From the NCBI RefSeq assembly GCF_030684315.1, contig NC_081362.1:14502589-14566588 (forward strand): 64,000 nt of DNA, given 5' to 3'. Below the pieces are notes generated by a model. The model worked only from the letters and a program-made list of their open reading frames with translations, had not been told where the DNA came from and did no database searches. The position numbers were made by a program, and so were the translations under genes. Below are positions 24,770 through 37,224 of this stretch, one piece after another (the stretch's first letter is position 1; every line of letters begins with the position of its first letter). Source of the DNA: Stegostoma tigrinum. Lineage: Eukaryota.

Positions 24770-26110
24770 CTGATGGTACTGAGCATTAGGCATTCATTAG
24801 TGGACATATCTGCTTTTCTAAGGTATAGAATTGTCGAATCAATTCAAGATGTTTGGACCAATGCTAGTTCCCTAAGGTACGCGTGCAGCAATGAGGTATA
24901 ACTAAGAGGATTGACCTCCACCTGCTACAACCACCTTCTTCTGTGTTTATGTCTCCAACCAGTTGAGAGATTGCTTCCTGATTCCCATTGACATCCAATT
25001 TTGCCAGGCATCCTTGTTGCCATATTCAATGAAACACTGCCCTGATGTTAGGGGAAGTCAGTCACGTTTCTTGTCTTGATTTTGATTCAGAGATAATGGG
25101 AACTGCAGATGCTGGAGAATTCCAAGATAATAAAATGTGAGGCTGGATGAACACAGCAGGCCAAGTAGCATCTCAGGAGCACAAAAGCTGACGTTTCTGG
25201 CCTGGACCCTTCATCAGAGAGATTTTGATTCATTTGCTTATGTTTAGACTAAATGTACAATGAGATCAGGAGCTAAATGGCCCTGTCAGAATCCAATCTG
25301 AGCATAAGTAAATGGATTATTGCTGATTGGTTACCACTTGATAGTATTGTTGAATAAATCTTCCAACATCTTATGATTCAAAGGAATGATGGCATTAATA
25401 GCCCATACAGTCATACAGCATGGACACAAATCCTTCAGTACAACCAGTCTGCGCCGAACATAATCCCAAACTAAACTAGTCCCACCTGCCTGCTCCTGGT
25501 CCATATCCCTCCACCTTTCCTACTCACGTACTTTTAAATATGGTAATTGTACCCACATCCACCACTTCCTCAGAAAATTCATTCCACATGTGAACTATCC
25601 CCTGTGTAAAAAATTGGTCCCTCGTGTTTTTTTATATTGTCTATTCTCATGTTAAAAATATGTCCCCTAGTCTTGAAATTCCCAATCCTGGGGAAAAGAC
25701 AACTGCCATTAATCCTAACTAGATCCCTTGTTATTTTATAAACTTCTGTAAGATTGCCTCTTCACATCCTATGCTCCAGTGGAAAAAGTCCCAGCCAATG
25801 CAACCTTTCTTTATAACTCAAACCTTCCATACCTGGCAACATCCTGGCTAATGTGTTCTGAATCCCCTCCAGTTTGAATTTGTCCTGCTTTTTGTGTACA
25901 AGACATATATGGGCAATTTTCCACATTTCTGAGTAGACGCCAGTGTTGAAGCTGTAGTGGAACAGCTTGATATCGGGTGCAGCTAGTACTGGAGCACGAG
26001 TCTTCATAACTGTTGCTGGGACGTTGTTAAGGCCTTTCAAGTTTCCAATGCCTTCAGCTATTTCGTAATGTCATGTTGATTAAATTGAATTGATAGAAGA
26101 CTGGTATTAG
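24770..26110 (-). mobile_element. Fragments of a CR1/L2-group LINE (same family as 45435-49085), with nested PLE mini-element and CR1 (25400-25872)
   Basis: LMKTRAPVLAAP..KLFHYSFNTGVYSEMWKIAHICLVHKKQDK; sequence parallels 47410-47590. Confidence 0.65.
25090..25220 (-). mobile_element. 131-bp hammerhead-containing PLE mini-element with 12-bp TSD
   Basis: TSD GATTTTGATTCA at 25078-25089 and 25221-25232; core CTGATGAAGGGTCCAGGCCAGAAACGTC (25190-25217); tail ...CAGCATCTGCAGTTCCCATTATCT. Confidence 0.9.
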
Positions 26111-26839
26111 ATGAACAGGATGTCGGGAAGACAAGTGGCTAGAAGCTTGGTCAAAGGTATGTTTTAAGGGTGTTTTTGATGGAGGAGAAAGTTACGTAGT
26201 GAGGTTTAGACAGGAATTCCTGCAGAATGGCATAAATCTGTTCTAAACTAAACAGGAACAGGGAAACAATAATGATTAATAATACTATGAAAATTGCTTA
26301 CAAAGAATGCAAGAGATATTGTCTGTCCGCCATATGTCTATTCTGAAAATTAGGTCTTGGTATCGATAGAGTATGTTTCAATGTTTTCTGTACTCAAATA
26401 AGTCTTTTACCATTCCTACTTTCTCTTCTCAAAAACACGAAGGAAATATACAGGAAAAGTACAACATAAACACAAAATCAGTACATTCATATATTTAGAA
26501 TGTTTCCTCATCTTCATACCATTCTGTACCATGTTGCAAAACAGATTATATTCTGTATTTTCCAAATTATACTTATGTTTAGTTTTCAATGGATAGTTTG
26601 CTTGACATTCACTCAGTTTTTAAATGTGGCCAGTACGCCAGTACTACTTCAATGTGCTCAAAGGTGTACTTTGTATTGGAGACCCCAAAACAGATCATAA
26701 AGCTCCTTGATGGATTTTAACATAAAGTTTTTTAAAACACAGTCACTCCCAGAAAATTTTACTTAATCTTTGCATGCATCATCAGATTTATCTATTGCTT
26801 AAATGACCCATTACTGACTCAGTTGGTTTTTGTTTATAG

Positions 26840-26992
26840 GTGAAAAATAAAGCACCTGCCGAATTGCAAATCACTGCTGAACAGCTCCTGAGAGAAGCAA
26901 AAGAGAGGGAACTTGAACTCCTTCCGCCACCTCCAACACAAAAAATCACTGATGAGGAGGAATTGAATGATTACAAATTAAGAAAAAGAAAA
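26840..26992 (+). CDS. CRNKL1: CRNKL1 exon 2 ([23 protein letters not shown]...KLRKRK)
   Basis: tatag| acceptor and |gtaagt donor; 153 nt. Confidence 0.97.
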
Positions 26993-27112
26993 GTAAGTGC
27001 TTTGTAACAGTTGCAATTTTTCTTTCCTTTTCAAAGTGGTGTAATAAATCAAGATTGTTGTCTGCTGTATATATATGTTGTATACTTTTTTATTGGCTCC
27101 ACGTTATTATAG

Positions 27113-27204
27113 ACATTTGAAGACAACATACGGAAAAATCGAACTGTTATTAGCAACTGGATCAAATACGCACAATGGGAGGAGAGCCTAAAAGAAATAC
27201 AAAG
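27113..27204 (+). CDS. CRNKL1: CRNKL1 exon 3 (TFEDNIRKNRTVISNWIKYAQWEESLKEIQR)
   Basis: tatag| acceptor and |gtaatt donor; 92 nt. Confidence 0.97.
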
Positions 27205-27305
27205 GTAATTATTTCAAGAAAATTTAATTGATATGGCGGAATCTTTTTATCAAGAAATAAATGAATGTTTCTTTTATTTTTACACATTTACACTTGTTGC
27301 TGCAG

Positions 27306-27464
27306 ATCTCGTTCAATTTATGAGAGAGCATTAGATGTTGATCACAGAAATGTAACCCTGTGGTTAAAATACGCAGAAATGGAGATGAAAAATCGACAGA
27401 TAAACCATGCTCGAAATATCTGGGATCGAGCAATAACCATCCTGCCCAGGGTCAACCAGTTTTG
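27306..27464 (+). CDS. CRNKL1: CRNKL1 exon 4 ([27 protein letters not shown]...VNQFW)
   Basis: tgcag| acceptor and |gtaagt donor; 159 nt; HAT repeat. Confidence 0.97.
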
Positions 27465-28368
27465 GTAAGTTGACTACTGGTAACTGTCTTTGCATTTCAG
27501 TTACATATAGTATGCTGTGAAGTTTTGTGTGGAATTAACATCAGTCAGAAATCCTGTCACCTTAAATGTTTTGTTGACCAAACCATGTATTTTCATTAAA
27601 GCATTATTGTAATGATGTCCTCCTAAACGTTTCTGGTTTTGAGTAGTTGATTTTGTAATCAACTTCTTGGTAGTTTGTTCTTAGTACATCCGCATAAAAT
27701 CCAACTTGAATGTTGATAGCAAGAACAAGAATTTTCTCTTCTATTGATTTAAGCCCTTTTTATATTTCACTTTCTTGTTGTACATTTTCAATATTTGCAT
27801 TTTAATTTAAATTACATTTCCAATATATATTTTAGACCCACTGTATTGGTCCTGATAATTTACTGTATAAGAAAATATTTAAGGTGAAGAAGTATTTGTT
27901 TTGCTTTTAAGAACAATGTTATATTTGGACTAAATTAATTACAGTCACTTCATGTCACAGCCTTCTCAGAGGGAGAGCCTATTTTTTGGTAAAGTCGAAA
28001 AATACCTGTTTAATCCAAGTAAGATCCATTTCATAGAATGAGATTTCAATCTCTTATGTTTTCTATCATTTGAGGAGTAAGCATCATTGCCCGCCTAAGC
28101 CCTAAACTCAGCTACAACCAAGATGCAGATGAAGTTTTCTATAGTTTGATCTATACATGAACCTGGATTGTTGATGATACTCTGTCAAGGCAGGGAGAAT
28201 CTGACTTGCATTGTGACTTGATTTGGAATTAGATTCAGTGTTCTGCAGTGCTTTTGCCATGATGGATATGACTTAAAGCCCATTGCTATATTTAATTAAT
28301 GTTTCCAGTGGATCTAATGGTATGCTTGTGTTAATATGCGCATGTTATATTGTATTTACTTTTGCTAG

Positions 28369-28535
28369 GTATAAATACACATACATGGAGGAGATGTTAG
28401 GAAATGTTGCAGGAGCACGACAAGTATTTGAGAGGTGGATGGAATGGCAGCCTGATGAACAAGCATGGCACTCCTATATCAACTTTGAACTCCGATACAA
28501 AGAAATTGAAAGAGCCAGGCTGGTTTATGAAAAGT
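28369..28535 (+). CDS. CRNKL1: CRNKL1 exon 5 ([23 protein letters not shown]...ARLVYEK)
   Basis: gctag| acceptor; followed by the U12 donor ATATCCTT; 167 nt. Confidence 0.95.
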
Positions 28536-30361
28536 ATATCCTTGTGGAATGTCACATAACATTAGTCATTTTGGAATGTTGCTTGCATGGATATCTCATG
28601 ATAAGGAAGGCAGAGACTTACTTATAAGCATCACTGACATTGTTCTAGCTCAAAAGCAGTGTAGTTAAATTTGGATAAAAATCTGATGATATCTGATTAC
28701 AATTGTGATTGCAAATTATTATAATTCAGATTATTTCAGTTGCTTTGTAGCATTCTCTTGAGCAAACAAAGAACTAAATAAATAGTGAGACAAAAGCACT
28801 AATATGGAGAAACAAACTTCTGTGAATTTTTTAGATCCCAGTTATTCAGGAATTGCACCAAAAATTACTAGTTCAGTGCCTCTTCCTAACAGGCACTTGC
28901 ACTGAAACTTGATGTAGAGCATATTAGGCCAGGCCAGAATTTTTCAAACTGGCGGTAACAAGTTCAAATGCAGCAGTATTTATTACTGCATTTTCTGTTA
29001 CAACGTACATGCTATTTTTAAAATGGCTTGTTCAATATTTTTCAAAACTTTACATTTGCCTATTGCTCTTTCCTAAAATCGTGTCATTTTATATATGGGA
29101 TGTGAAAGGGATACTGATACTTCACAGCAGTAGCAGTTGGTCTGTGACCTCCGTTAGGTGTGGGGTTTATGTCTAGTAGACCACTTGCCTAGAAATCTGT
29201 GACATTTTATGACCAACTGAACTTTTACCTGTTTAAATTTTTCATTTACAACTTCAACTGAAATGTCACAGATGTATTGTTCTGTCTTGGGGCAAAAAAA
29301 TATGCCCACAAATTCTCCATGTTGCCAATATGGGTTACACCCAACACCAGTGTCAAAAGCCGTTATCATGTTAAAGTTGAAGTGTTCAGAACTACTTTCT
29401 AGGGCTCATATTGTTAGCAGATATAGTTCACTTTTGAATGATGTTGATGGAAAATTTTGCGGAGTTTCTCCTGCTTTTCTGGTATTCCTCCCTAATTAAT
29501 GCTGCAGAAATCTCATTAGTGTTCCCAAATGGGACAACATAACACCGACAGAGTAAGGAAAGTCCTGTGCTGCTATTGTGTTGCAATGGAAATGATTTAA
29601 ATTTGTTGATGTCTTCTCATATGGTGCCTTGTTCTCCGTGCCTCTTGTTTTCCTTTCTTGTCTATTATAATGCAAAATCAAACTGTGCCCATTAGGTCAA
29701 AGTGGCTGCCGGTCCTTCTGTGCATGAGTCCCTAGTTACCCAAGAATTTTTGAGCACGCTGGGATTTAGACACCTTAGTTATCTTAATGTCATGCTCGTA
29801 AAAAAATGAAGTGAGAGGGATAGTATTTCAGAATAAGGTGTTATGCCACAAGAAAGCTGATGTCACTTTCAAGTAACAGGAAGCAGCTGCTGCAGGATAT
29901 AAAATAGCCTGCATGACGGTTTATTTCTTTCTACCATCAGTGCTTCTCTTGCTTTCACTCCCTCCCTTACTCCTCCAGTGGCCTCCCATTCACCATGCTT
30001 CCATGCTGGAAGGAGGCTGGCTCCCAGTGAGGTTCTTCCCTACACCTGGTATTTGTCCATTCCAGCTGGGGTCCAAGCTTCCACGTCCCCTCTCTGACCT
30101 CTTGTCAACAGTGATGCTGTGCTGTGATACCATCATCACACCACATGGAATGTAGTGATGTCATCAATATGTGTGCGGACACTTCCTGTAGCCCGACCTG
30201 TCACAGCAGTCGATGTCACTGGCCATATCAGCCCAAGCACGATAGCCATATTGTATTCAGGCTAATCGTTCTATTTCCTTGCAGAAAGCAGGCAGCGTTG
30301 TTTTTATGCCATAGTTACTCTGAAGCTTTTTGGTAAATTCCACAGTTCAGGCCTTTTTCAT

Positions 30362-30500
30362 GGAATCATAGAATCCCTCCAGTGCGGAAGCCGGCCATTC
30401 GGCCCATCAAATCCTCGCTGACTCTCCGAAAAGCATCCACACAGAACCTTGCCCCACCCTATCCCTGTAAACCTGCTATTCCACCAAGCCTGCACATCCC
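30362..30500 (-). mobile_element. Partial HE1-like SINE (3' part)
   Basis: GAATCATAGAATCCCTCCAGTGCGGAAGCCGGCCATTCGGCCCA...CCTGCACATC. Confidence 0.75.
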
Positions 30501-30554
30501 TTTCTATTTATTCAGTTGTGGGACGTGGGCTCCTATGGTTTTGTTTGAATTTTT

Positions 30555-30890
30555 AAAATTTGTTCATGAGATGTAGAATCACTGACTAGGCCAGCATTTT
30601 TTTTTGCCCATCCTCATTGCTCAGAAGGCAGTTAAGAGTCACCACATTGTTGTGGGTCTGTAGTTGCCTGTAGGCCTGACCAGGTAATTATAGCAGATTT
30701 CCTTCCTGAAATGAAATAAGTAAACCAGATAGGTTACATGATCATGATCACCTTTTGGCTAGCTTTTTATTCACTTATTTTTCTTTTATGAATTCAAATG
30801 TAACTGTCTGCCATGGTGGGATTTGAGTCCATCTCCCCAGAACATTAGCCTGGGGTTTAGATTTCTAGTCTAGTGGTATTATGCTTTTCC
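30555..30890 (-). mobile_element. tRNA-SINE, family of 47068-47372
   Basis: GGCCAGCATTT..TTGCCCATCC...GGCAGTTAAGAGTC...CTGCCATGGTGGGATTTGA shared with 47600-47937. Confidence 0.75.
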
Positions 30891-31208
30891 ATTGCCATCT
30901 GATGTACAGAGTTTCTTAAGTGCAGAAATATTGGACTGTATAATGCAAATTTTTCCTCATCACGCATATGATAAATGCCTGCTCTCAGTGATATTGTCAA
31001 CGTGTCTAAGGTTGGCTTTTCCATGGAGGAATTAATGAGCATACAGGCTAGTGACAAGGGGCATCCTTTGAATGCAGCTAATTATTATTCAAGGTGTATG
31101 AGGAGGTCTTTATTTTCACCATGGATAGTAACTTAAAAATGATTGGTTTATAGCCAAACGTGGGCAGGGTTCTTCTTTGCAGTTTTATTCTCCTTAATTC
31201 TTCTGCAC

Positions 31209-31387
31209 TTGTTTTAATTCATCCTGATGTGAAGAACTGGATTAAATATGCCCGGTTTGAAGAAAAACATGGTTATATTGGACATGCACGGAAAGTGTAT
31301 GAAAGAGGGGTGGAGTTTTATGGAGAAGACCACATGGATGAACAACTTTTTGTAGCATTTGCAAAGTTTGAAGAAAAGCAGAAAGAA
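31209..31387 (+). CDS. CRNKL1: CRNKL1 exon 6 (VLIHPDVKNWIKYARFEEKHG...FEEKQKE)
   Basis: Follows the AC acceptor; |gtaaga donor; 179 nt. Confidence 0.95.
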
Positions 31388-31817
31388 GTAAGAAGACCAC
31401 AATTTAGGTTTATTTGCTTCTTTTTCAAGATTGGGTCAATGTGTTGAATCACTTTTACTTTTGAATTCAAAACATTAGTGAAAAGAGTCCAAATAGTCTC
31501 AGTTTGGTTAAAGTAAATATTAATCAATAGTTCATTTTCAAAGCTTTATTCCTAGATGTTTTAAACAAAATATGCATCTCTTCTCTTTAAAACTGTTTCT
31601 GTGTCTCTTTTTATTTATATTCATTCTCTTTTTGCTTTATCTGTGTCTGATTCATTGTTTCTTTTGTTTTATTTCTGTTTCTTTCTGAATATTGTTTCTC
31701 TTTCTTTATGTCTTCTGGCTTGTCCTTATTTCTCTGTGCTTTCATCTATTTACCATATCTCTGTAGTTTATATTTTCAGTACCCATCTATACCTTTTTTT
31801 GCTATTCTTTATCTCAT

Positions 31818-32355
31818 GGAGTCATAGAAACCTATTGCACAGGGAAAAAAAACCTCAGCTTATCAAGTCTGCAGTAGTCAAAAACAACCAGCTAACTAGT
31901 CTAATCATATTTTCCAGCACTTGAACGTTGCTTGTATGCTTTGGCATTGCAAGTATACACCTAAATACTACTTAAATGTTGTGAGCGTTTCTGCCTCTAT
32001 CATTCAGTGAACTCATGATTCCCTCCACTGAGTGGAAAAAAAATTTTTCTCACATCCCCTCTGAGCCTCCTGCACCTTATCTTAAATCCATGCCTTCTGG
32101 CCAATTAACTCTCCAGTGGGGGAAACGTCCCTTACTACCTACCCTATCTGTGGCCCCTCACAATTTTATACATCTCAACTGTGATCCCACTGGGTCTCCT
32201 CTGCTCCAAGGAAAACAATCTCACTCTGTCCAATCTCTCGCAGTTACTAAAACTATGCAGCCCAGACAAATCCTGATAAGTCTCCTCTGCAACCTCTCTA
32301 GCAAGGATCTGATTGCACTGGAGAGAGTGGAGAGGAAACTTATCAGAATGTTTCC
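31818..32355 (-). mobile_element. CR1 3' fragment with short inverted piece
   Basis: ERLDRVRLFSLEQRRPSG..VEMYKIVRG on the minus strand; plus-strand piece KDLIALERVERKLIRM at 32300-32355. Confidence 0.75.
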
Positions 32356-33415
32356 TTCCTCTCACATTCCATTTTTCTCCATCAGAATTGCATAATTCTT
32401 CCATCCACCCACAGTTAGCAAAAGGGAATTATGAGGCACATATGACTTTCTATTGCATTTGCACAATAGAAAGGGAGCCACTGCTTGGGGTAGAGATTTG
32501 TAGTTGTCCAAGACCAGATTTAGGTATTGGCATAGGCAGTTGTTAACTACAGTGGAGTTTGGCTAGACTGAAAAATGTTACATGATTTTTAAATTACTGC
32601 AGTGAAAGGGAAAGCATTTCTCAAATGATGCTATTATGAAATAAATCCCTGCCCCTTGAGTCAAGGATTTAGCAGATCAGCCATGATCTCCTTAAATGGG
32701 TGAGGAGACTGAATGGGTTGAATGGTCTTATTCTACTCCTATGTCTTATAGTCTTGTGCTTCTATGATATTAAAATTTACAGTGTTGGCATTGTTTTAAA
32801 ATGTTCTGTCCAAAGCTTGAATAGTCTGAGTCCTGATGGAAGAGTGTGGCACTTCCTTATTTACTGTCATCCTTCAAACTTTTAAAGCTGTACTGAAATT
32901 GGTTTATTTGTTAATATTATTTTGGAAAGGGATTGCAGAGCTGATTACATGGTTGCTACTGAAATGCATACTATTTCTTATATTGTTCCAGATGATTTCT
33001 GACAGAAATTTGCTAATTTTCTTTAACAGAAGACATTTAGCCTCTAAATTATTCAAGAACTAGAAAATGTGATGTGTTGACATAAAGCTTAGTTTTGATT
33101 AATTTTATAATCAAATATAAATTCCTTACTAGTGAAGTGGATAAAACTGAGATTGAAAATAGAAATTGTAAGAATATATGTATTTCATCCTTTTGTGGTG
33201 TCAATTTCCATTAAATGTTCGAGATTTCAAACAACTTTTTCTTAATCCTGTTTTAATAAATTTATCCATGCAGTTTAATTGTTTGAATTTTCTTAATGTA
33301 CCCTGAAAGATCTGTGCACTCTATACTGAAAAATGCTATTCCTGCTTGTGCTGTTTTTGAATCAAATGTTTTATTAGCATTTCCACCTAATATCGTGACT
33401 TCATTCTGTTTCTAG

Positions 33416-33586
33416 TTTGATCGAGTGAGAGTTATCTACAAATATGCACTTGATAGAATTGCCAAACAGAAAGCTCAAGAGCTCTTCAAAAACTATACAG
33501 TTTTTGAGAAAAGGTTTGGGGACAGGAGAGGCATTGAAGATGTTATTGTCAGCAAAAGACGCTTCCAGTATGAAGAGGAAGTCAAG
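33416..33586 (+). CDS. CRNKL1: CRNKL1 exon 7 (FDRVRVIYKYALD...QYEEEVK)
   Basis: tctag| acceptor and |gtaaaa donor; 171 nt. Confidence 0.97.
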
Positions 33587-33729
33587 GTAAAATTTATTTT
33601 TTTTATTTCTAGATCTGTCTTGCAATAAAGAACTTGCCATTCCAAAATTTTAAACAAACACATCAGGCAGCATCTGTGAAGAGTCAAGGCACCTCAGCTG
33701 TTTTAAGTCTAGACCTGAAATATTAACTT

Positions 33730-33860
33730 CAGTGATAATGGGAACTGCAGATGCTGGAGAATCCAAGATAATGAAATGTGAGGCTGGATGAACACAGCAG
33801 GCCCAGCAGCATCTCAGGAGCACAAAAGCTGACGTTTCGGGCCTAGACCCTTCATCAGAG
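33730..33860 (-). mobile_element. 131-bp hammerhead-containing PLE mini-element (intact core)
   Basis: CTGATGAAGGGTCTAGGCCCGAAACGTC at 33831-33858; short TSD AACTT (33725-33729, 33861-33865); inserted in an older PLE remnant. Confidence 0.88.
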
Positions 33861-34299
33861 AACTTGACTGCTTTGCGCATGACTGTTACCTACATTTCAG
33901 ACATTTGGTATCATTTTAATTTTAAAGAAGTAGATATTGAACATGGGTTAGCTGTGCTGGGAGCAACTGTACCAAACGGTTATGGGGTACATAACTTAGA
34001 GGAGGTGTTCACATTTCTGAAATTGTAAAACTCAATGTTGTGTTCCAAAGGCTATAAGGTATCTAGGCAGAAGATGTGTTATTCCTCTAGCTTACGTTGA
34101 GCCTTGCTGGAGCACTGTAACATGCCCAAAACAGAAGCTGGAAGAACAACACCGCTTCTTAGTTTCCAACTATATTCCGGGGATTGCCCCCTAATCTTTA
34201 CTTTGTTTTCTATTAAACTATAAAAGTAAGCAACAAACCTGCATGTTACTCCCTTTTCTTTGGTCTGTGAGAAAGATTTTGGTCAAGAATAAGAAGGAA

Positions 34300-35305
34300 G
34301 CTTATGTCAAGTGTACATAACAGAGGTCGAGTGAATCCCTAGGAGAGTATAAAGGCAGTAGGAGTATACTTATGAGGGAAATCAGAAGGGCAAAATGGCA
34401 ACATGTGATAGCAACAAGATCAGCAAGGCCACCTATATGTGGAGTCATAGGAAATGGGGGAGATACTAAATGAGTATTTTGCATCAGTGTTAACTGTGGA
34501 GAAGGATATGGAAGATAGAGAACATGGGGAAATAAATCGCGACATCTTCAAAAATGTCTATATTACAGAAGTAGTGGTGCCGGATCTCTTGAAATGCAAA
34601 AAGGCGGATAAATCTCTGGGACCTGATGAGGTGTACCCTAGAATTCTGTTGGAAACTAGGGAAGTGATTACTAGGCCCCTTGCTGATTATTTGTATCGCC
34701 TATAGCCAAAGGTGAGATGCCAGGAGCCTGGAGGTTGGCTAACATGGTGCTACTATTACGAAGGGTGGTAAGGAAAACCAGGGACCAAAGACCAATGAGC
34801 CTGACATTGGTGGTGGGCAAGTTGTTGGAGGGTATCCTGAGGGACAGGATTTACATGTATTTGGAAAGGCAAGGTCTGATTAGGGATCGTTGAAATGGCT
34901 TTGTGCATGGGAAATCATGACTCATTAATTTGATTGAGTTTTTTGAAGAAGTAACAAAGAGGACTGATGAGAGCAGAGCAATAGACGTGATCTATATGGA
35001 CTCAGTAAGAAATTTAACAAAGTTCCGCGTAATAGACTGTTTAGCAAAGTTAGATCACACAGAATACAGGAAGTACTAGACATTTGGATACAGAACTATC
35101 TCGAAGGTAGAAAATAATGGTGGTGGAAGGTTGCTTTTCAGAGTGGAGGCCTGTGACTGCAGGTGTGCCACAACGATTGGTGCTGGATCCACTACTTTTT
35201 GTCATTTTCATAAATGATTTGGAAGTGAACATAGGAGGTATGGTTAGTAAATTTGTAGATGACTCAAAATTGAACGTGTAGTGTACAGCAAAGGAGGTAA
35301 CCTTG
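34300..35305 (+). mobile_element. Decayed CR1 LINE internal fragment
   Basis: MGEILNEYFASVLTVE...DKSLGPDEVYPRIL; HGFV/GKS and GVPQ remnants. Confidence 0.88.
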
Positions 35306-35779
35306 GTTTGATGAGCTTCACTGCAGAAGCCAGTGTTTTAATACAAAGAATCTTTGCATAATAACAGATTATTCCTTTTCTTAGCTATGCTACCCAAATG
35401 ATGTAGTGAATAATTTTTTCACGACTGTCACTGTCACATTTTAACATCTGACGAATGCCTACTGCTATGAATAGACTTGTGATCACACTTACTGGCTGTC
35501 TATACCACAGCAACTGTGATCAAGTGATCACATTCTGGAAGGGGACACATGCTGCCCTGGTTATAAACATTTTCTATTCTAAAAGGTGATCTTTTTATTG
35601 GGAGGGAAGTAGAAAAAAAAACCCCAGGTGACATCCAAATTATAACTGAAAATTAATGCATTCATTACAATGCTGTTTGTGAGGCTTGAGTGTGAGAAAA
35701 ATATGCTCTTTAAAATTTTAAAATAATCCACCATATTAATATATTTTGAATAAGTTAAGATCCTGTATATTTCTGAAAG

Positions 35780-35971
35780 GCAAATCCGCATAATTATGAT
35801 GCCTGGTTCGACTACCTTCGACTAGTTGAAAGTGATGGAGATCTTGATACTGTACATGAAGTGTATGAGCGTGCAATAGCCAATGTACCACCCATTCAGG
35901 AAAAGAGGCACTGGAGGAGATATATTTACTTATGGATCAACTATGCTTTGTTTGAAGAATTGGAGGCAAAG
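35780..35971 (+). CDS. CRNKL1: CRNKL1 exon 8 ([15 protein letters not shown]...LFEELEAK)
   Basis: gaaag| acceptor and |gtattg donor; 192 nt. Confidence 0.96.
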
Positions 35972-36858
35972 GTATTGATTTGACTTGAATATGTGGACAA
36001 ATTATATTATGTGGGGGTACTTTGCAGCTACGTTTTCCATGGGTGCATAGGTTCTGAAGATGAAAATGGGCAGACAATCTGCTTATCCAGCAATTTATCT
36101 GGCAAGTGTTTCTTGATATAATTGAAACTCTGATTTTTTTTTTATTTACTGTTCTTCACCTATTTCTAAAGCAAAAATGTGATCTGTTTTGATGAGCTGC
36201 AGTAGCAAAAATTATAGTGTTGTTGTGAATATTGCAATAACTGAACTACTACTTCAGACCAAAATTCTAAATGCTTATACACGTTGTAAAAAAAGGCTCA
36301 CAAACCTGGCTTCCAATATTTTTGTCATTACATTGAAGTTCACAGAATGATAGTTCACAATATTTTCTGGGCATTAGATTTCTTTGCCTTTTATTGCTTT
36401 TGCATGGTTTGAAGTTAAGAATCTTGGCAATGTTTTCCAAGTCAGTAGAAAATAAAAGTTTGCTCACTGTGTAACTGTCTGCCACTTTTCTACAAGCCTG
36501 TTTCATGTTCCTCACCTAGATCAATGAAATGCCCCTTATCCAGCAGGTTAGATTGAAGAGATTTTTGAGCTGAAATTAATTTGTAATTTCTCAGATATAT
36601 TTTGGATAGGCTATATGGAGAGCATAGGAATTGGCTCGTTAGCCACTCAAGTTTGCTCTGCCGTTGTGTCAGATCTTGATTGATCTGCACCCTAACTCCA
36701 TATATCTGCCTTTACCTGTATTCCTTGATATCTTTGGTATAAAAATCTATTCATTTTAGTTTTGAAATCACAATTGATCTGGTATTTGCAGAGAAATATT
36801 CTTGTTTGTGATAGTTATGAAAATATTTTCTATAACTTCAGTATCTCTTCCTGTACAG

Positions 36859-36918
36859 GATCCAGAGAAGACTAGACAAGTGTATCAAGCATGCTTGGAT
36901 CTCATCCCTCATAAGAAG
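36859..36918 (+). CDS. CRNKL1: CRNKL1 exon 9 (DPEKTRQVYQACLDLIPHKK)
   Basis: tacag| acceptor and |gtgtgc donor; 60 nt. Confidence 0.96.
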
Positions 36919-37224
36919 GTGTGCCTTTGCAGTCCTGAACTAATGTAATTCTGTGTCCTTTTCTAAATTGGACTTAAATGGATTTTGACAGAAGCATAAT
37001 ATCTGTTCAGCTGATTTCCTCCACATATCCAGAAGACATGCAGAATTAAGATAATTCTTCGCATTATTTTATCTCTGGAACCATACTAGCCCAGAAAAAT
37101 CCTACACTATCCTTAGTCCAGAAAGTACTTAATTAGCTTTTGCTCTGCGTAATTCTCTTGTCTGTGTAAGTAGGCCAGTCTCCAGGATGCCACCACGCAA
37201 TCCAGGCTGTGGCTTCTGTGTAGT

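Larger units (their letters stand above)
28536..31208 (+). other. CRNKL1: U12-type (minor spliceosome) AT-AC intron of CRNKL1
   Basis: 5' ATATCCTT, branch site TCCTTAAT 31191-31198, 3' GCAC; splicing restores YEK-F-VLIHPDVKNW in frame. Confidence 0.95.

Noticed and set aside
29400-30340. Possible PIF/Harbinger-derived remnant in the U12 intron (YNRQERKTRG-like peptide on minus)
   Set aside because: Too degenerate; no terminal inverted repeats or transposase motif could be confirmed by eye
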